DNA of 64,000 nucleotides from an uncultured Actinomycetes bacterium (GCA_963816275.1 CAWFJU010000005.1:221900-285899), one strand, 5' to 3'. Shown: positions 1 to 9,783, numbered from the stretch's first letter. The notes: generated by a model not told the origin, from the letters alone. Program-made: numbers and translations.

Positions 1-1603
1 TCTGTTCTCCTGGCCCGGGAGCGGCACCACGCCGCCGTCCGCCGTCTGGGCCTGCGTGAGGGTCATCACGTACCGCGCGACGTCGGCCACCGTGAACCCG
101 TTCGGCTGAGCTCATCGGCGTTCAGGAACACCTGGCTGGGCTGCACGAGGTCGACGATCGGCATGTCGTCGCCGTCGGTGTCGAACGTTCTCGTTGATCA
201 CCGTCTGGATCGGCGCCGTGGAGATCTGGAAGCCGCCGGAGACCGCCGGGTCGGGCATCGGCGCCGTGGTCGGCGGTGAGCACCATGCGCCCACTTGCCC
301 TTGCCGACCTGCCGTTCAGGAAGGCCACGAAGCGCTTCAGCGCCAGGTCCTGCGCCACGACCGCGTCGTTCATCTCCGGGCGAGTTCATCGACCAGACGT
401 GGCTGACGTAGTCGATCTCCTTGAAGTTCAGGTACAGGAGGTCGGGTACGTCGTCCTTGCCGAACGCTTCCTTCTTGATCACCGTCTCCACCACGCGCTC
501 CTGGTAGGGCGTCCGCGCCGGCGTGTCGAAGCCCTGCAGGAGCTGCTCGATGTCGTTGTCGCGCCACTTGCCGTCGAGCTTGCCGTCCGGCCGGTCGAGC
601 TTCGCGACGTCCTGGGCGAACCCGGGGACGTCGTTCGCGTAGTCGGCGAGCTCGTAGTAGGGCCGCATCGCGCGCGGGAGGTTCCACTCGAAGCCCTCGT
701 CCGCAGGGTGTCGCCGCCGGTGACCGACCGCGTGAGCGCGATGTCCGGTCCCCGCCGCCGAAGAACGACCCGTGGCCAAGCATCCCGAAGTGGATGTCGA
801 CCGTGCCCACGATGCCCACGACCGGCTCGTTCCCCATCGCGCGGTCGTACAGGTCGGCGAACGTCGGCAGGATGAAGAACGACGGGCCGTTGTTCCACGG
901 CGACGTCATCTTGCCGCCGACTCGAAGTGGTGCCCCACGAGACCGTGGTGGTTCGGGAACGCGCCGGTCCCGATCGTGGCGTGGTCCTGCGCCGTGGACG
1001 TCGGCGACGACCCCACCGTGGCGTCGGTGAAGAACGTGCCCTTCGGGATCAGCGACTTCAGGTAGGGCCACGCCGTCGGATGCGGCTCGAGCGTGTTGAT
1101 CCCGCCCGCGTCCCACACCATCGTGACCACGAGCTTCGGCGGGGCTGCGTCGGGACGCGTCGGCGACGATCGCCTCGGTACATCGGCTGACCGTCGATCG
1201 AGCTTGAACGGGTGAAGTCGAAGATGTCGGCCCTGCGTCGGCGCGATGCCGGCGAGCGTGACCGGGCGGTCGACCTCGCCCTGCGCCTGGATGAAGCCGG
1301 GGCCGTACCAGAGCATCGGCACGTCCTGGACGTAGTCCCACGGCCCGACGTGCGGGAGGCCGGAGCCGACGAAGTTCGGCTCCTTCGGGATGAAGCTCAG
1401 CTCGGCGCCGCGGTCTGGGCGCCAGCCGCGCCAGGTCCGCAGGAGGCACTCGTGCGGCAGCGAGCACGCGAGCTGCACCAGATCCTGGTCGGACGATGCC
1501 GCGCGGGCGGGCGCCGAGGGTCGGTTCAAGAAGGCGGTGGCCGAGCAGCAGGAGGGCGAGCGTGGGCGCGATGAACCGACGGCGGGAGATCATGGTCGCC
1601 ATA
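1..1603 (-). pseudogene. Alkaline-phosphatase-superfamily phosphodiesterase/nucleotide-pyrophosphatase-like exported protein. Frame is broken several times and the 3' end runs off the window.
   Basis: Tat-like N-terminus MISRRRFIAPTLALLLL from an ATG near 1603. Collinear conserved blocks (VVTMVWDAGGINTLEPHP, SSPTSTAQDHATIGTGAFPNHHGLVGHHF, MTSPWNNGPSFFILPTF, NFKEIDYVSHVWSMNSP, MVLTADHGAMPDP) are spread over three minus-strand frames (ORFs 906-1529, the 370-2595 frame, 198-779, 122-373, 112-294). Confidence 0.7.
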
Positions 1604-1653
1604 GGGAACACGACAATCGGGCGCATCGACAACCCAGGCGGTAGCGTGGACGG

Positions 1654-2966
1654 GTGTCTACCGGCCGTCGCCTGGCCGTCCTCCTGTTGGTCCTCGCGGC
1701 TGGTCGGCGCGCCCGCCCTGGCGCTCCGCGCCTTCTGCGTCGGCAGAGCTGCGTGCAGGCGCGGCGGCCGACGGCGACGGTGCCGTTCTGCCCGCTCCCC
1801 GACTGGCTCCGAGCCGAGATCGCCGCCGGGTTCCGGGCCGGCCGTTCGCCCGACGTCCTGGCGGCGAGCGGCGCCACGACACCGTGATGGGCGCCTCCGG
1901 GACGGCCTGGCCGTGGACCGCGGACGTCCGGCGGGCGACGGTGCCGCTCCTGTTCCTGGGACCAGGCGTTCGCGCGGGCGAGCTCCCGTCACGGCTCGGG
2001 CTCGACCGGATCGCGCCCACGCTCGCCGCTGCTCGGCTTCGGCGCGCCCACCCCGAGGTGCGGACCGGGGTCGCGATCCCCGGCGTCGTGCGGGAGGGCG
2101 CCCGCCGCCCTTGGTCGTCGACGATCGTGTGGAAGTCCGTCGGCATGCCGGAGCTGACGGCTCGCCCGGACGCGTGGCCCTGGCTCGCCGCACGGTTCGG
2201 GGGCAGCCAACCACAGGAGCCGCCGGGTGGCGGCGCCGGGCTCGTTGCCGCTCGACCCCGCCGCTGTCCTGACGACGATCGGCACGGGCGGACTCCCGGC
2301 GCAACACGGGATCACCGGCACGCTGCTGCGCGGCCACGTTCGCGTGGCCCGGGCGTGGACCACGGACGCGCCGCCCTCCGTGATCACGACCCTCGCCGAC
2401 GATCTCGACCAGGCGAACGGCCAGGCCTCCCGCATCGGCCTCGTCGCGCCCGATATCGTTGATCGCGGCCTGGTCGGCGACGGCTGGTACGTCGGCTCTG
2501 ACGACGACGATGTGAGGATCGTGCACGGCGATCCGCGTCCCCGCCCTCGACCGGATGCTCGCCGACGGCTTCGGGGCGGACGGCGTTCCCGACATGCTGG
2601 GCGTCGTGCTGCGCGGCCCGCTCGACGATGATGGACCCCCGTACGGAGGCGATCGTCGACGCGGTCACGTCGATCGTCCCAGACGCCATCGTGGTCGTGA
2701 CGGCCACCGGCAGCGAGCGAGCGGCCACCGCACGCACTTCCAGGGGCCTCGATCGCCCGTCGACGTCGATGCCGCCGTGGGTGCGCCGGTGGTCTCGGCG
2801 ACGGGGAGCGACGGCGTGTTCCTCGATCCCGCGGTGGTCACCGCGCGAAGCGATCAGCTCCGACCAGGTCGCGACCGCCCTCCGAGGGCTGCTCGGCACC
2901 GACGAGCAGCCACTCGTGCTCGACGCCTATCCAGCGTTCTCGGTCGCGTTCGCGAGGTACTGCTGA
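1654..2966 (+). pseudogene. Paralogous alkaline-phosphatase-superfamily phosphodiesterase-like protein, divergent from the previous gene, with a broken frame.
   Basis: Signal-like start MSTGRRLAVLLLVLAAG. Blocks VPLLFLGPGVRAGELPSRLGLDRIAPTLAA, TIVWKSVGMPELTARPDAWPWL, GSLPLDPAAVLTTIGTGGLPAQHGITGTLL and IVPDAIVVVTATGSERA lie in the same order as in gene 1-1603 but over ORFs 1654-1887, 1884-2462, 2227-2631 and 2628-2966. Confidence 0.6.
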
Positions 2967-3038
2967 TGGCCGTCGAGGCGGATCGCCGCACCTCCGCCCC
3001 GGGCCCCCGCGGCTCGTCGCTCGCATGCCCCCGCTTAC

Positions 3039-3983
3039 GTGATCGGGGCGCTCGTGGTCGCCGCGCTCCTCGCGCGATTCGCGGACCCGATCCGGATCGG
3101 GTGGCTCCGCAACCTGCTCGTCGTGTTCGGTTCGCTGCTCGTCGAGGCGATGCCGTTCATCATGCTCGGCGCCACGGTCTCGGCCGCGATCGAGGTCCTC
3201 GTCCCCACCTCGGCCTTCGCGAGGCTCGGCCGGCTCCCGCGCACGCTGCAGCTGCCGGCGGCCGCGGCGGCCGGTATCGCGTTCCCCGTCTGTGAATGCG
3301 GCTCGGTGCCCGTCGCGCGGCGGCTCGCCGCGAAGGGCCTCGCCCCGTCGGCGGCCATCACGTTCATGCTCGCGGCGCCGATCGTGAACCCGGTGGTGAT
3401 CGCGTCGACCTTCGTGGCCTACCGCGGTCGGAGCGACCTCTGGGTCATGGTGATCGGCCGGTTCATCCTCGGGTTCATCGTGGCGATGACCGTCGGCTGG
3501 GTGGTCGGACGCGTCCGAGCGGGCGACCTGCTCCGTACGCGTGACGCCCGCACGGAGGCGCACGCCGTGCACGAGGACGAGGCGCGGTGGGCGCGGTTCT
3601 TCGGGCACCTCGCCGGGGACGTGATCTTCATGGCGCGGTTCCTGATCGTGCGGCGCGGCGATCGCGGCAGCCGTCCAGACGTTCGTGCCGAACTCCGTCG
3701 TCGACCGCGTCGCGGGCCTGCCGGTGATCAGCCTGTCGCGATGATGGTCCTGGCGTTCCTGATGTCGCTCTGCAGCGAGTCCGACGCGTTCGTGGCGGCG
3801 TCGTTCGTCTCGTTCGGCCCCGCCGCGCAGCTCGCGTTCCTCGTATCGGGCCCGATGATCGACATGAAGCTCAGCGCGCTCTACGTGGGCACCTACCAGC
3901 GAGGGTTCCTGCGGGTCGTGATCATCGCGGTCGCGGCGACGACCCTCGTCGCGACGATGTGGGTGCAGGTGGTGTTCGGATGA
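3039..3983 (+). CDS. Predicted permease of the PF03773/ArsP_1 (UPF0718) type.
   Basis: 314-aa polytopic ORF with the family-typical FPVCECGSVPVARRL motif and a GTG start. An internal stretch (FMARFLIVRRGDRGSRPDVRAELRRRPRRGPAGDQPV) looks like a compensated double frameshift. The stop overlaps the next start (ATGA). Confidence 0.75.
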   Translation: MIGALVVAALLARFADPIRIGWLRNLLVVFGSLLVEAMPFIMLGATVSAAIEVLVPTSAFARLGRLPRTLQLPAAAAAGIAFPVCECGSVPVARRLAAKGLAPSAAITFMLAAPIVNPVVIASTFVAYRGRSDLWVMVIGRFILGFIVAMTVGWVVGRVRAGDLLRTRDARTEAHAVHEDEARWARFFGHLAGDVIFMARFLIVRRGDRGSRPDVRAELRRRPRRGPAGDQPVAMMVLAFLMSLCSESDAFVAASFVSFGPAAQLAFLVSGPMIDMKLSALYVGTYQRGFLRVVIIAVAATTLVATMWVQVVFG

Positions 3984-4685
3984 AGCGCTGGAGCCATGCG
4001 CGGGTGGCAACCGGCCTGGCGATCGGGGCCTGGGCGGCGCTGTTCTGGTTCCTGCTCGCGACGGACCGCACGATGCTCTACCTCTCCACCCGCACGGCCT
4101 GGCTCGTGCCGATGGGCGCGATCATCGCCACCGTCGCGGCGGTCGGCCGGCTCGCGTCGGCGCGCGTGACGGAACCGGAGCCGCTCGGCGACCGCGAGAC
4201 CTGGACGCTCGGGGATCGTCGTCCTCCCCGTCGTGATCCTGCTGGCGCTGCCACCGGTGACGCTCGGCGCCTACGCGGCCGGGAAGCGATCGAGCTTCTC
4301 CGGCTCGGCGCTCGGCGCGAGCGCTCGGATCGTCTCGGGTCCGATCGACTTCGTCGACATCGCCGCCTCGCAGACGACGAAGGAGGGCCAGGCAGCGCTC
4401 CGGGCGCGCGCCGGAGAGGTCGTCTCGCTCGAGGGCTTCGTGACGATCGAGGCCGGCGACGGCCCCGACGAGTTCCGGCTGACGCGCTTCATCATCACGT
4501 GCTGCGTGGCCGACGCGACGATCGCACAGGTCCGCGTGGTCGGCGCGCCGCCCGGATCCGTCTCCGGCGACGAGTGGGTCAGCGTGACCGGGCGGATGTA
4601 CCCGCTGGGCAACGACGTGCTGATCGCAGCGAACGGAGCCCCGCAGCAGATCCCGGTCCCCGACAACCCCTACCTGACGCCGTAA
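3980..4685 (+). pseudogene. TIGR03943/DUF1980-type two-TM protein, the usual partner of PF03773 permeases. One frameshift.
   Basis: MKRWSHARVATGLAIGAWAALFWFLL... (frame of ORF 3959-4876) continues as ILLALPPVTLGAYAAGKR...RFIITCCVADATIAQVRVVG (ORF 4233-4685). Removing one G from GGGG at 4211-4214 restores WTLGIVVLPVVILLA. Confidence 0.7.
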
Positions 4686-4713
4686 CGACTACCGGACGGC
4701 CCCGGTCCCGCCG

Positions 4714-5157
4714 CTACGCGCAGTCCCGGCAGGTCCCGATCAGGTCGAGCCGGTGGCTGACGTGCGCGAACCCGGTCCGTCGCGCGAGCCGGTCGAGCGT
4801 TCGGTCCATCGAGGACTCGAGACTGCCCGGGATGGTGAGGTCCTCGACGCGGCCGCACGACGAGCACACGAGGTGATGGTGATGCTCGGTGAGATCCTCC
4901 GTCAGCTCGTATCGGGCGAAGCCCTCGTCGGTGATCACGCGGCGCACGACCCCCGCCTGCTCCAGCGCCGCGAGGTTGCGGTAGCCGGAGCTCTGCGGGA
5001 CACCCGGGCACGCCGCCAGCACGTCGGCGATCGTCAGCGGCTTCCCCGCCCCGGCGAGCGCGTCGACGAGCGCTGCCCGTGCGCTCGTGTACCGCTGTCC
5101 CGCGGCTAGGACCCGTCCGGCCACCGTCGCGTGGAGGTCGTCCTCGCGCGTCATCAT
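4714..5157 (-). CDS. zur: Fur-family metalloregulator, probably the zinc uptake regulator Zur.
   Basis: C-terminal 147 aa of ORF 4714-5817: wHTH region then HHHHLVCSSCGRVEDL...GTCRDCA (two CxxC pairs). Its start overlaps the znuB stop (ATGA). Last gene of the znu operon. Confidence 0.8.
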   Translation of the reverse strand: MMTREDDLHATVAGRVLAAGQRYTSARAALVDALAGAGKPLTIADVLAACPGVPQSSGYRNLAALEQAGVVRRVITDEGFARYELTEDLTEHHHHLVCSSCGRVEDLTIPGSLESSMDRTLDRLARRTGFAHVSHRLDLIGTCRDCA

Positions 5158-6050
5158 GCCTCCTGCTCCACGGGCTCCTCGATGGGCAGCGGCAGCCTCG
5201 GGGCGACGCCCCGCTTCACGACCGCCACCAACGCGAACACCCCGGCGGTGATCAGCACGATCGTCCCACCTGGCGCGAGGCCCCAGATCCGCGAGACCGC
5301 CAGCCCGGCGACCACCGAGGCCACACTGATCGCGACCGCCCAGCGCATCGTGCCGCCGAACGATCGCGCGATCAGCTGCCCGCTCGCGACCGGCAGCACC
5401 ATCATCGCGGCGATCAACAGGATCCCGACGACCTGCATCGCGGCGACGACGGCGCAGGCGGTGACCACCGCGAGCATCGTGTTCGCGAGCCCGACCGGCA
5501 GTCCCGCGACGCGCGACCACTCCTCGTCGGTCACGACGGAGAACAGCAGCCGGCGGAACGCGAGCATCACGGCGATGATCCCCACACCCAGGCCCACGAT
5601 CGCGATGAGATCGTTGCGACTCACGAGGAGTGGTTGCCCGAAGAGATAGGTGAGCACGCTCGCGTTGAGCCCTCCGCCGGCGCTCACGAGCACCACGCCC
5701 GCGGCGATCCCCGAGTAGAAGAACAACGCGAGCGCGAGGTCGCCCGAGGCCTTCCGCTTCGCACGGAGCCACTCGATGCCGAGGGCGCCGCCCACCGCGA
5801 AGACCAGCGCGGTCCACACCGGCGACACCCCCGCGAGGAGTCCGGCCCCGGCGCCTGCCTGCGCGCCGACGAACCCCGCGCCCACCCCCGCGAACGCGAT
5901 GTGGCCGATCCCGTCCCCCATCAGCGACATCCGCTTCTGCACGAGGAAGGTCCCGATCATCGGGGCGAACACCCCCACGGCGACGCTCGCGATCAGGGCG
6001 CGCTGCATGAACAGGAAGTCGAACGGATACGGGAGCGTGACGGCCGTCAT
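5154..6050 (-). CDS. znuB: Metal (Zn/Mn) ABC transporter permease.
   Basis: MTAVTLPYPFDFLFMQRALIASVAVGVFAPMIGTFLVQKRMSLMGDGIGHIAFAG..., a typical ABC-3 permease. ATGA overlap with the znuC stop. Confidence 0.85.
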   Translation of the reverse strand: MTAVTLPYPFDFLFMQRALIASVAVGVFAPMIGTFLVQKRMSLMGDGIGHIAFAGVGAGFVGAQAGAGAGLLAGVSPVWTALVFAVGGALGIEWLRAKRKASGDLALALFFYSGIAAGVVLVSAGGGLNASVLTYLFGQPLLVSRNDLIAIVGLGVGIIAVMLAFRRLLFSVVTDEEWSRVAGLPVGLANTMLAVVTACAVVAAMQVVGILLIAAMMVLPVASGQLIARSFGGTMRWAVAISVASVVAGLAVSRIWGLAPGGTIVLITAGVFALVAVVKRGVAPRLPLPIEEPVEQEA

Positions 6051-6829
6051 CGGAGTCCCTCCAGCCACAGCGGCAGGTCGTCCCGGTGCACCCCGAGGCT
6101 CACGCCTTCTTCGGTCAAGCGCGCCGGCGGTCCATCGAACAGCACACGGCGCTTCAGCACCACCACCCGGTCGAGGTCGGGCGCGACCGCAGAGAGTTCG
6201 TGCGAGACGAGGAGCACCGCCGCGCCGTGTTCCTCCATGAGGTGCACGAGCGCGTCGCGGAACCGCCGCTGGGACTCGGCGTCGACGCCGGCGATCGGCT
6301 CGTCGAGCACGAGCAGGTCGGGGTCGCTCGCGAAGGCACGCGCGATGAAGGCGCGCTGCTGCTGCCCGCCCGAGAGCTGGTTGATCGGACGATCGGCCAT
6401 CCCGTCGAGGCCGACGGAACTCAGCGCGTGCGCGACGGCGTCCCGATCGGGCGGGGCGAGCGGCCGCCACCAGCCCCGGCGCGCGATCCGCCCCGTCGCC
6501 ACGATCTCGCCCGCGGTGGCCGGAACCTCGGAAGCCAGCACCGGACGCTGCGGCACGTAGCCGAGGCGCCAGCGATCACGGACGTGATCCGGCGGCTCGC
6601 CGAAGAGCCGTACCCGGCCGGCGGCGGCCGGCAGCGAGCCCAGCAGGACCCGAAGCAGCGTGGACTTCCCCGAGCCGTTCGGACCGACGAGGGCCACGAA
6701 CTCTCCGGCGCGGATCGACAGATCGACGCCCTCGAGCACCGGCGTCCGCCCGTAGGCGAACGTCACACCCTCGGCCTCCAGGAGCGGGGCGTCGGCGGGG
6801 GCACCGGATACGCGTGCCGGCTCAGCCAC
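6047..6829 (-). CDS. znuC: Metal ABC transporter ATP-binding protein.
   Basis: 260-aa ORF with Walker A GPNGSGKST, signature LSGGQQQR and Walker B LLVLDEP. Confidence 0.9.
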   Translation of the reverse strand: MAEPARVSGAPADAPLLEAEGVTFAYGRTPVLEGVDLSIRAGEFVALVGPNGSGKSTLLRVLLGSLPAAAGRVRLFGEPPDHVRDRWRLGYVPQRPVLASEVPATAGEIVATGRIARRGWWRPLAPPDRDAVAHALSSVGLDGMADRPINQLSGGQQQRAFIARAFASDPDLLVLDEPIAGVDAESQRRFRDALVHLMEEHGAAVLLVSHELSAVAPDLDRVVVLKRRVLFDGPPARLTEEGVSLGVHRDDLPLWLEGLR

Positions 6830-7733
6830 AGTCGAGCGCCTCCTCGAGCGTGGTCAGGTTCTCGCGCATCATCGAGCGGTAGTTCGCGCCCGCGGCGAGT
6901 TGGTCGTCCGTCAGCCCCTCCAGCGTGTGCAGCGTCGCGACCTTCACGCCGGCCTCCGAGGCGAGCGTTTCGGCCACCTCGGGGGCCACGAGATCTTCGG
7001 TGAAGATCGTGGTCACGCCCTCGCGCGCCACGAGATCTCGGAGCTCCGCGAGGCGGAGCGCGCTCGGCTCGGACTCGGGGAGGAGTCCGGCGATCGCCTC
7101 CTGCGTGAGCCCGTACGCGTCGGCGAGGTAGCCGAACGCCGCGTGGCTCGTCACGATCGTCGTTCGCTCGCAGTTCGCGAGACCCTCGGAGAACGCCCGA
7201 TCGAGCCCCTCGAGCTGGCGGGCGTACGAATCGGCGTTGGCGTCGGCGTGGCAGCTCGCGGGCAGCGTCGCGGCGAACTCGTGGCCGATCATGCGCACCA
7301 CGTCCGCCCATCGCCCGGGGTCGAGCCAGAGATGCGGATCCTGGCCGGGGCCGTCGGTGGACGCGGACGGCGGCGCCCCCAGGGTCTCGTCCACGACCGC
7401 GAGCACGTCGATCACCGTGCCGTCGGACATGTCCGCGCCTTCCTCGACGGCCGGCTGGAATCCACCCCCCATCAGGAGGACCGCGTCGGCGCTCGCGAGC
7501 GCCTCCACGTCGTCGGGCGAGAGCTCCAGATCATGCGGCTCGACGCCGGGCGGGGTCAGGTTCGTGACGGAGACGCAGTCGCCCCCGATCCGCTGGGCCG
7601 CCTCGGCGAGCGGATAGAAGCTCGCCACGACGGACGCCCTGGCGTTCCCCGCGCCCGTACGAGGCTCATCGCATGCCGTCAGGAGCGTGACGAACACGGC
7701 GATCGCAGGTATGAGAGTGAGAATCGGTCTCAT
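6822..7733 (-). CDS. znuA: Metal ABC transporter substrate-binding lipoprotein (ZnuA/TroA cluster).
   Basis: MRPILTLIPAIAVFVTLLTAC lipobox, then SFYPLAEAAQRIGG...DPHLWLDP...SHAAFGYLADAYGL. The stop overlaps the znuC start by 8 nt. Confidence 0.85.
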   Translation of the reverse strand: MRPILTLIPAIAVFVTLLTACDEPRTGAGNARASVVASFYPLAEAAQRIGGDCVSVTNLTPPGVEPHDLELSPDDVEALASADAVLLMGGGFQPAVEEGADMSDGTVIDVLAVVDETLGAPPSASTDGPGQDPHLWLDPGRWADVVRMIGHEFAATLPASCHADANADSYARQLEGLDRAFSEGLANCERTTIVTSHAAFGYLADAYGLTQEAIAGLLPESEPSALRLAELRDLVAREGVTTIFTEDLVAPEVAETLASEAGVKVATLHTLEGLTDDQLAAGANYRSMMRENLTTLEEALDCG

Positions 7734-7740
7734 TCTCGCT
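7716..7740. promoter_or_regulatory. Candidate Zur/Fur-type operator overlapping the znuA start codon.
   Basis: AGTGAGAAT-cggtctc-ATTCTCGCT is a 9-bp inverted repeat with one mismatch. It is the only AT-enriched palindrome in the znu upstream region, and GAGAAT/ATTCTC half-sites resemble Fur-family boxes. Confidence 0.35.
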
Positions 7741-7782
7741 CCACGGTACGGCGGAGCCGCGGGCTCGTCAACCCCGGTGGCG

Positions 7783-8691
7783 CTAGCCCTCGGGGAACCT
7801 GACGCGCCCGTGCGGCCGGCCTGCGAGCGCGGCCGCACTGGCCTCGACCACTCCGTCGCGATGCAGACCGACGACGGCGTCGGCCACGCGGGCGACCGGT
7901 CGCTCGAACGACGCGGCGATCGAGCCCAGCGTGGACGGACCTCGTTCCCGCAGGGCGGCGACCACCTCGCCACGCACCTGGCGCACCGACCCGTCGAACG
8001 CCGGCTGTCGCTTGACGGACGGTCGCCCCTCGCGGCCCGACGAGCGGAACCGGCAGGGGGCCGCCAACGGGCACAGATCGCACCGTGGCCGCGTCCGGCA
8101 CACCTCACGCCCGAGGTTCATCACGGCCTGGTTCCACTCCCCCGGTCGAGTCCGATCGAGCCACGCGGTTGCCGCCTGATCCGCCTGGCCGGTCGTGATC
8201 TCATCGCGCTCGGCGCCGAAGGCGAGGCGCGCGATCACCTTGCGGACGTTGGTGTCGACGGTCGCCACCGGTACGCCGAACGCGATCGATGCGACGGCGG
8301 CGGCCGTGTACGGACCGACGCCGGGGAGGGCGCGCAGCGCAGCTGGGTCGCCCGGCACCACGCCGCCGTGGTCCCGCACGACCTCGCGCGCGGCCTCGTG
8401 CAACGCCACGGCGCGCCGGTGATACCCGAGGCCCGCCCAGGCCGTGAGCACGTCGGCGCGCCGCGCGGCGGCGAGCGCCTCGACCGTGGGGAACCGCTCG
8501 AGGAACGCCTCGAAGATGGGCCCGATCCGCGACGCCTGCGTCTGTTGCAGCATGACCTCCGACACGAGCGTGGCGTACGGATCGGCCTCGGTGCGGCGCC
8601 ACGGGTAGTCGACCCGATGGACGCGGTCCCATGCGAGCAGGGCTTCCCGCGCGTCCTGCGTGGGGCTAGGGTCGGGGCGAGGAGGGACCAT
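7783..8691 (-). CDS. mutY: A/G-specific adenine DNA glycosylase (MutY-like, HhH-GPD with a 4Fe-4S cluster).
   Basis: YATLVSEVMLQQTQ, LPGVGPYTAAAVASIAFG, VDTNVRKV and the cluster motif CRTRPRCDLCPLAAPC. The start is taken at the ATG 8691-8689; an upstream ATG at 8715 is possible. Confidence 0.8.
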   Translation of the reverse strand: MVPPRPDPSPTQDAREALLAWDRVHRVDYPWRRTEADPYATLVSEVMLQQTQASRIGPIFEAFLERFPTVEALAAARRADVLTAWAGLGYHRRAVALHEAAREVVRDHGGVVPGDPAALRALPGVGPYTAAAVASIAFGVPVATVDTNVRKVIARLAFGAERDEITTGQADQAATAWLDRTRPGEWNQAVMNLGREVCRTRPRCDLCPLAAPCRFRSSGREGRPSVKRQPAFDGSVRQVRGEVVAALRERGPSTLGSIAASFERPVARVADAVVGLHRDGVVEASAAALAGRPHGRVRFPEG

Positions 8692-9058
8692 GAGCGTGTC
8701 GATCCGCGACGTCATGAGCACCGATCTGATCACGGTCGGGCCGTCCACCACGATCGCGGAGGCCGCGACCGTGATGAGCACGCGGGGCGTCGGCTCGGCG
8801 CTCGTGATGGAGGGCGACCGACTCGTGGGCATCTTCACCGAGCGCGACACGTTGCGGGCGGTCGCCGGGGAGTTCGACGGCGAGCAGCATCAGGTGCGCG
8901 AGTTCATGACGGCCGACCCCACCACGATCGGCGTCGACGCGCCCGCGAACGAGGCCCTCGAGTCGATGTTCGCGTTCGGCTTTCGGCATCTGCCGGTGAT
9001 CGAGGCGGGCCAGGTCGTCGGCATCGTCTCGATGCGCGACGTCATGCGCCGCGTCTAG
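8690..9058 (+). CDS. CBS-pair domain protein.
   Basis: MSVSIRDVMSTDLITVGPSTTIAEAATVM...GIVSMRDVMRRV contains two CBS motifs. GGAGGG RBS at 8681-8686. Confidence 0.85.
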   Translation: MSVSIRDVMSTDLITVGPSTTIAEAATVMSTRGVGSALVMEGDRLVGIFTERDTLRAVAGEFDGEQHQVREFMTADPTTIGVDAPANEALESMFAFGFRHLPVIEAGQVVGIVSMRDVMRRV

Positions 9059-9246
9059 AACCCGGCCTTCGAGGACTGGCTCGGCATCTCGTCGGCCGCC
9101 TGCTTGAGCGCCGCGTAGGCCGCGCGGAACACGTCGCCGACGAACGCCGCCTCCTGACCCTCGAGACCGCTCATCGTCCCGCGCACGGCGGATGCCGTGA
9201 TCTCGCAGGCCTTCTCGAACACGTGCCAGTCGCTCTCGCGGGTCAC
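9055..9246 (-). CDS. Small hypothetical helical protein (63 aa).
   Basis: GTG start preceded by GGAGG at 5-nt spacing. Balanced, non-Arg/Pro-rich composition, unlike antisense ORFs in this window. Shares the palindrome CTAG (9055-9058) as its stop with the convergent CBS gene. Confidence 0.5.
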   Translation of the reverse strand: MTRESDWHVFEKACEITASAVRGTMSGLEGQEAAFVGDVFRAAYAALKQAADEMPSQSSKAGF

Positions 9247-9362
9247 CTGAACCTCCGATGTGGGTGCGTTGGGGTCGATGGACAGAGGCTACCTGAGGCC
9301 GGCAGAGGGGTCCCCGGATCCTCGGCACCCCTTCCTGTGCTCGACGCCGACTTCGGGCAGGA

Positions 9363-9390
9363 TGTCGAAAGGGCGAGGGCGCCGTTCGTC
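9363..9390 (+). promoter_or_regulatory. Candidate ECF-type promoter for the YciI-YciI-sigma operon.
   Basis: TGTCGAA (9363-9369), a 17-nt spacer, then CGTC (9387-9390), about 45 nt upstream of the first YciI ATG. The layout resembles ECF -35/-10 elements. Confidence 0.4.
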
Positions 9391-9435
9391 GTATCGATGG
9401 AGGGCCGCGGATGCGCCGAGGCGAGGAGGGAACGG

Positions 9436-9783
9436 ATGCGATACCTGATCTTGATCCACTCTGACGAGGCCGCGTGGGAAACCGCCTCCCAGGAGGGGCG
9501 GGAGGCGATGTACGCCGAGTACGGGAAGCTCTCCACCGAGATGGAGGAGCGAGGACACCTGCGCGCCGGCGATGAGCTCACCGGATCGGCGACCGCCAAG
9601 ATCGTCCGCATCTCCGATGGCGAGGTCAGCGTCACCGACGGGCCGTACGCCGAGACCCGCGAGCAGCTCGGCGGCTACTTCCTGGTCGAGTGCGACCTGG
9701 AGACGGCGCTCGGCTACGCGGCCAGGATCCCCAGCATCGCGCACGGCTCGATCGAGGTGCGCGCGATCGCCGAGGGTCCCTGA
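9436..9783 (+). CDS. YciI/DGPF-domain protein.
   Basis: MRYLILIHSDEAAWE...VTDGPYAETREQLGGYFLVECDLETALGYAARIP. RBS GGAGGG upstream. Confidence 0.85.
   Translation: MRYLILIHSDEAAWETASQEGREAMYAEYGKLSTEMEERGHLRAGDELTGSATAKIVRISDGEVSVTDGPYAETREQLGGYFLVECDLETALGYAARIPSIAHGSIEVRAIAEGP

Noticed and set aside
370-2595. Very long ORFs in the track (370-2595 minus, 741 aa; 10925-12925 minus, 666 aa; 21764-23560 minus, 598 aa; 27682-30189 minus, 835 aa; 32755-34566 minus, 603 aa; 56488-58923 minus, 811 aa; and others).
   Set aside because: They are Arg/Pro/Gly/Ala-rich and low in complexity. They run antisense or out of frame to genes with clear family motifs. They are the expected stop-codon-poor shadow ORFs of roughly 70% GC DNA.
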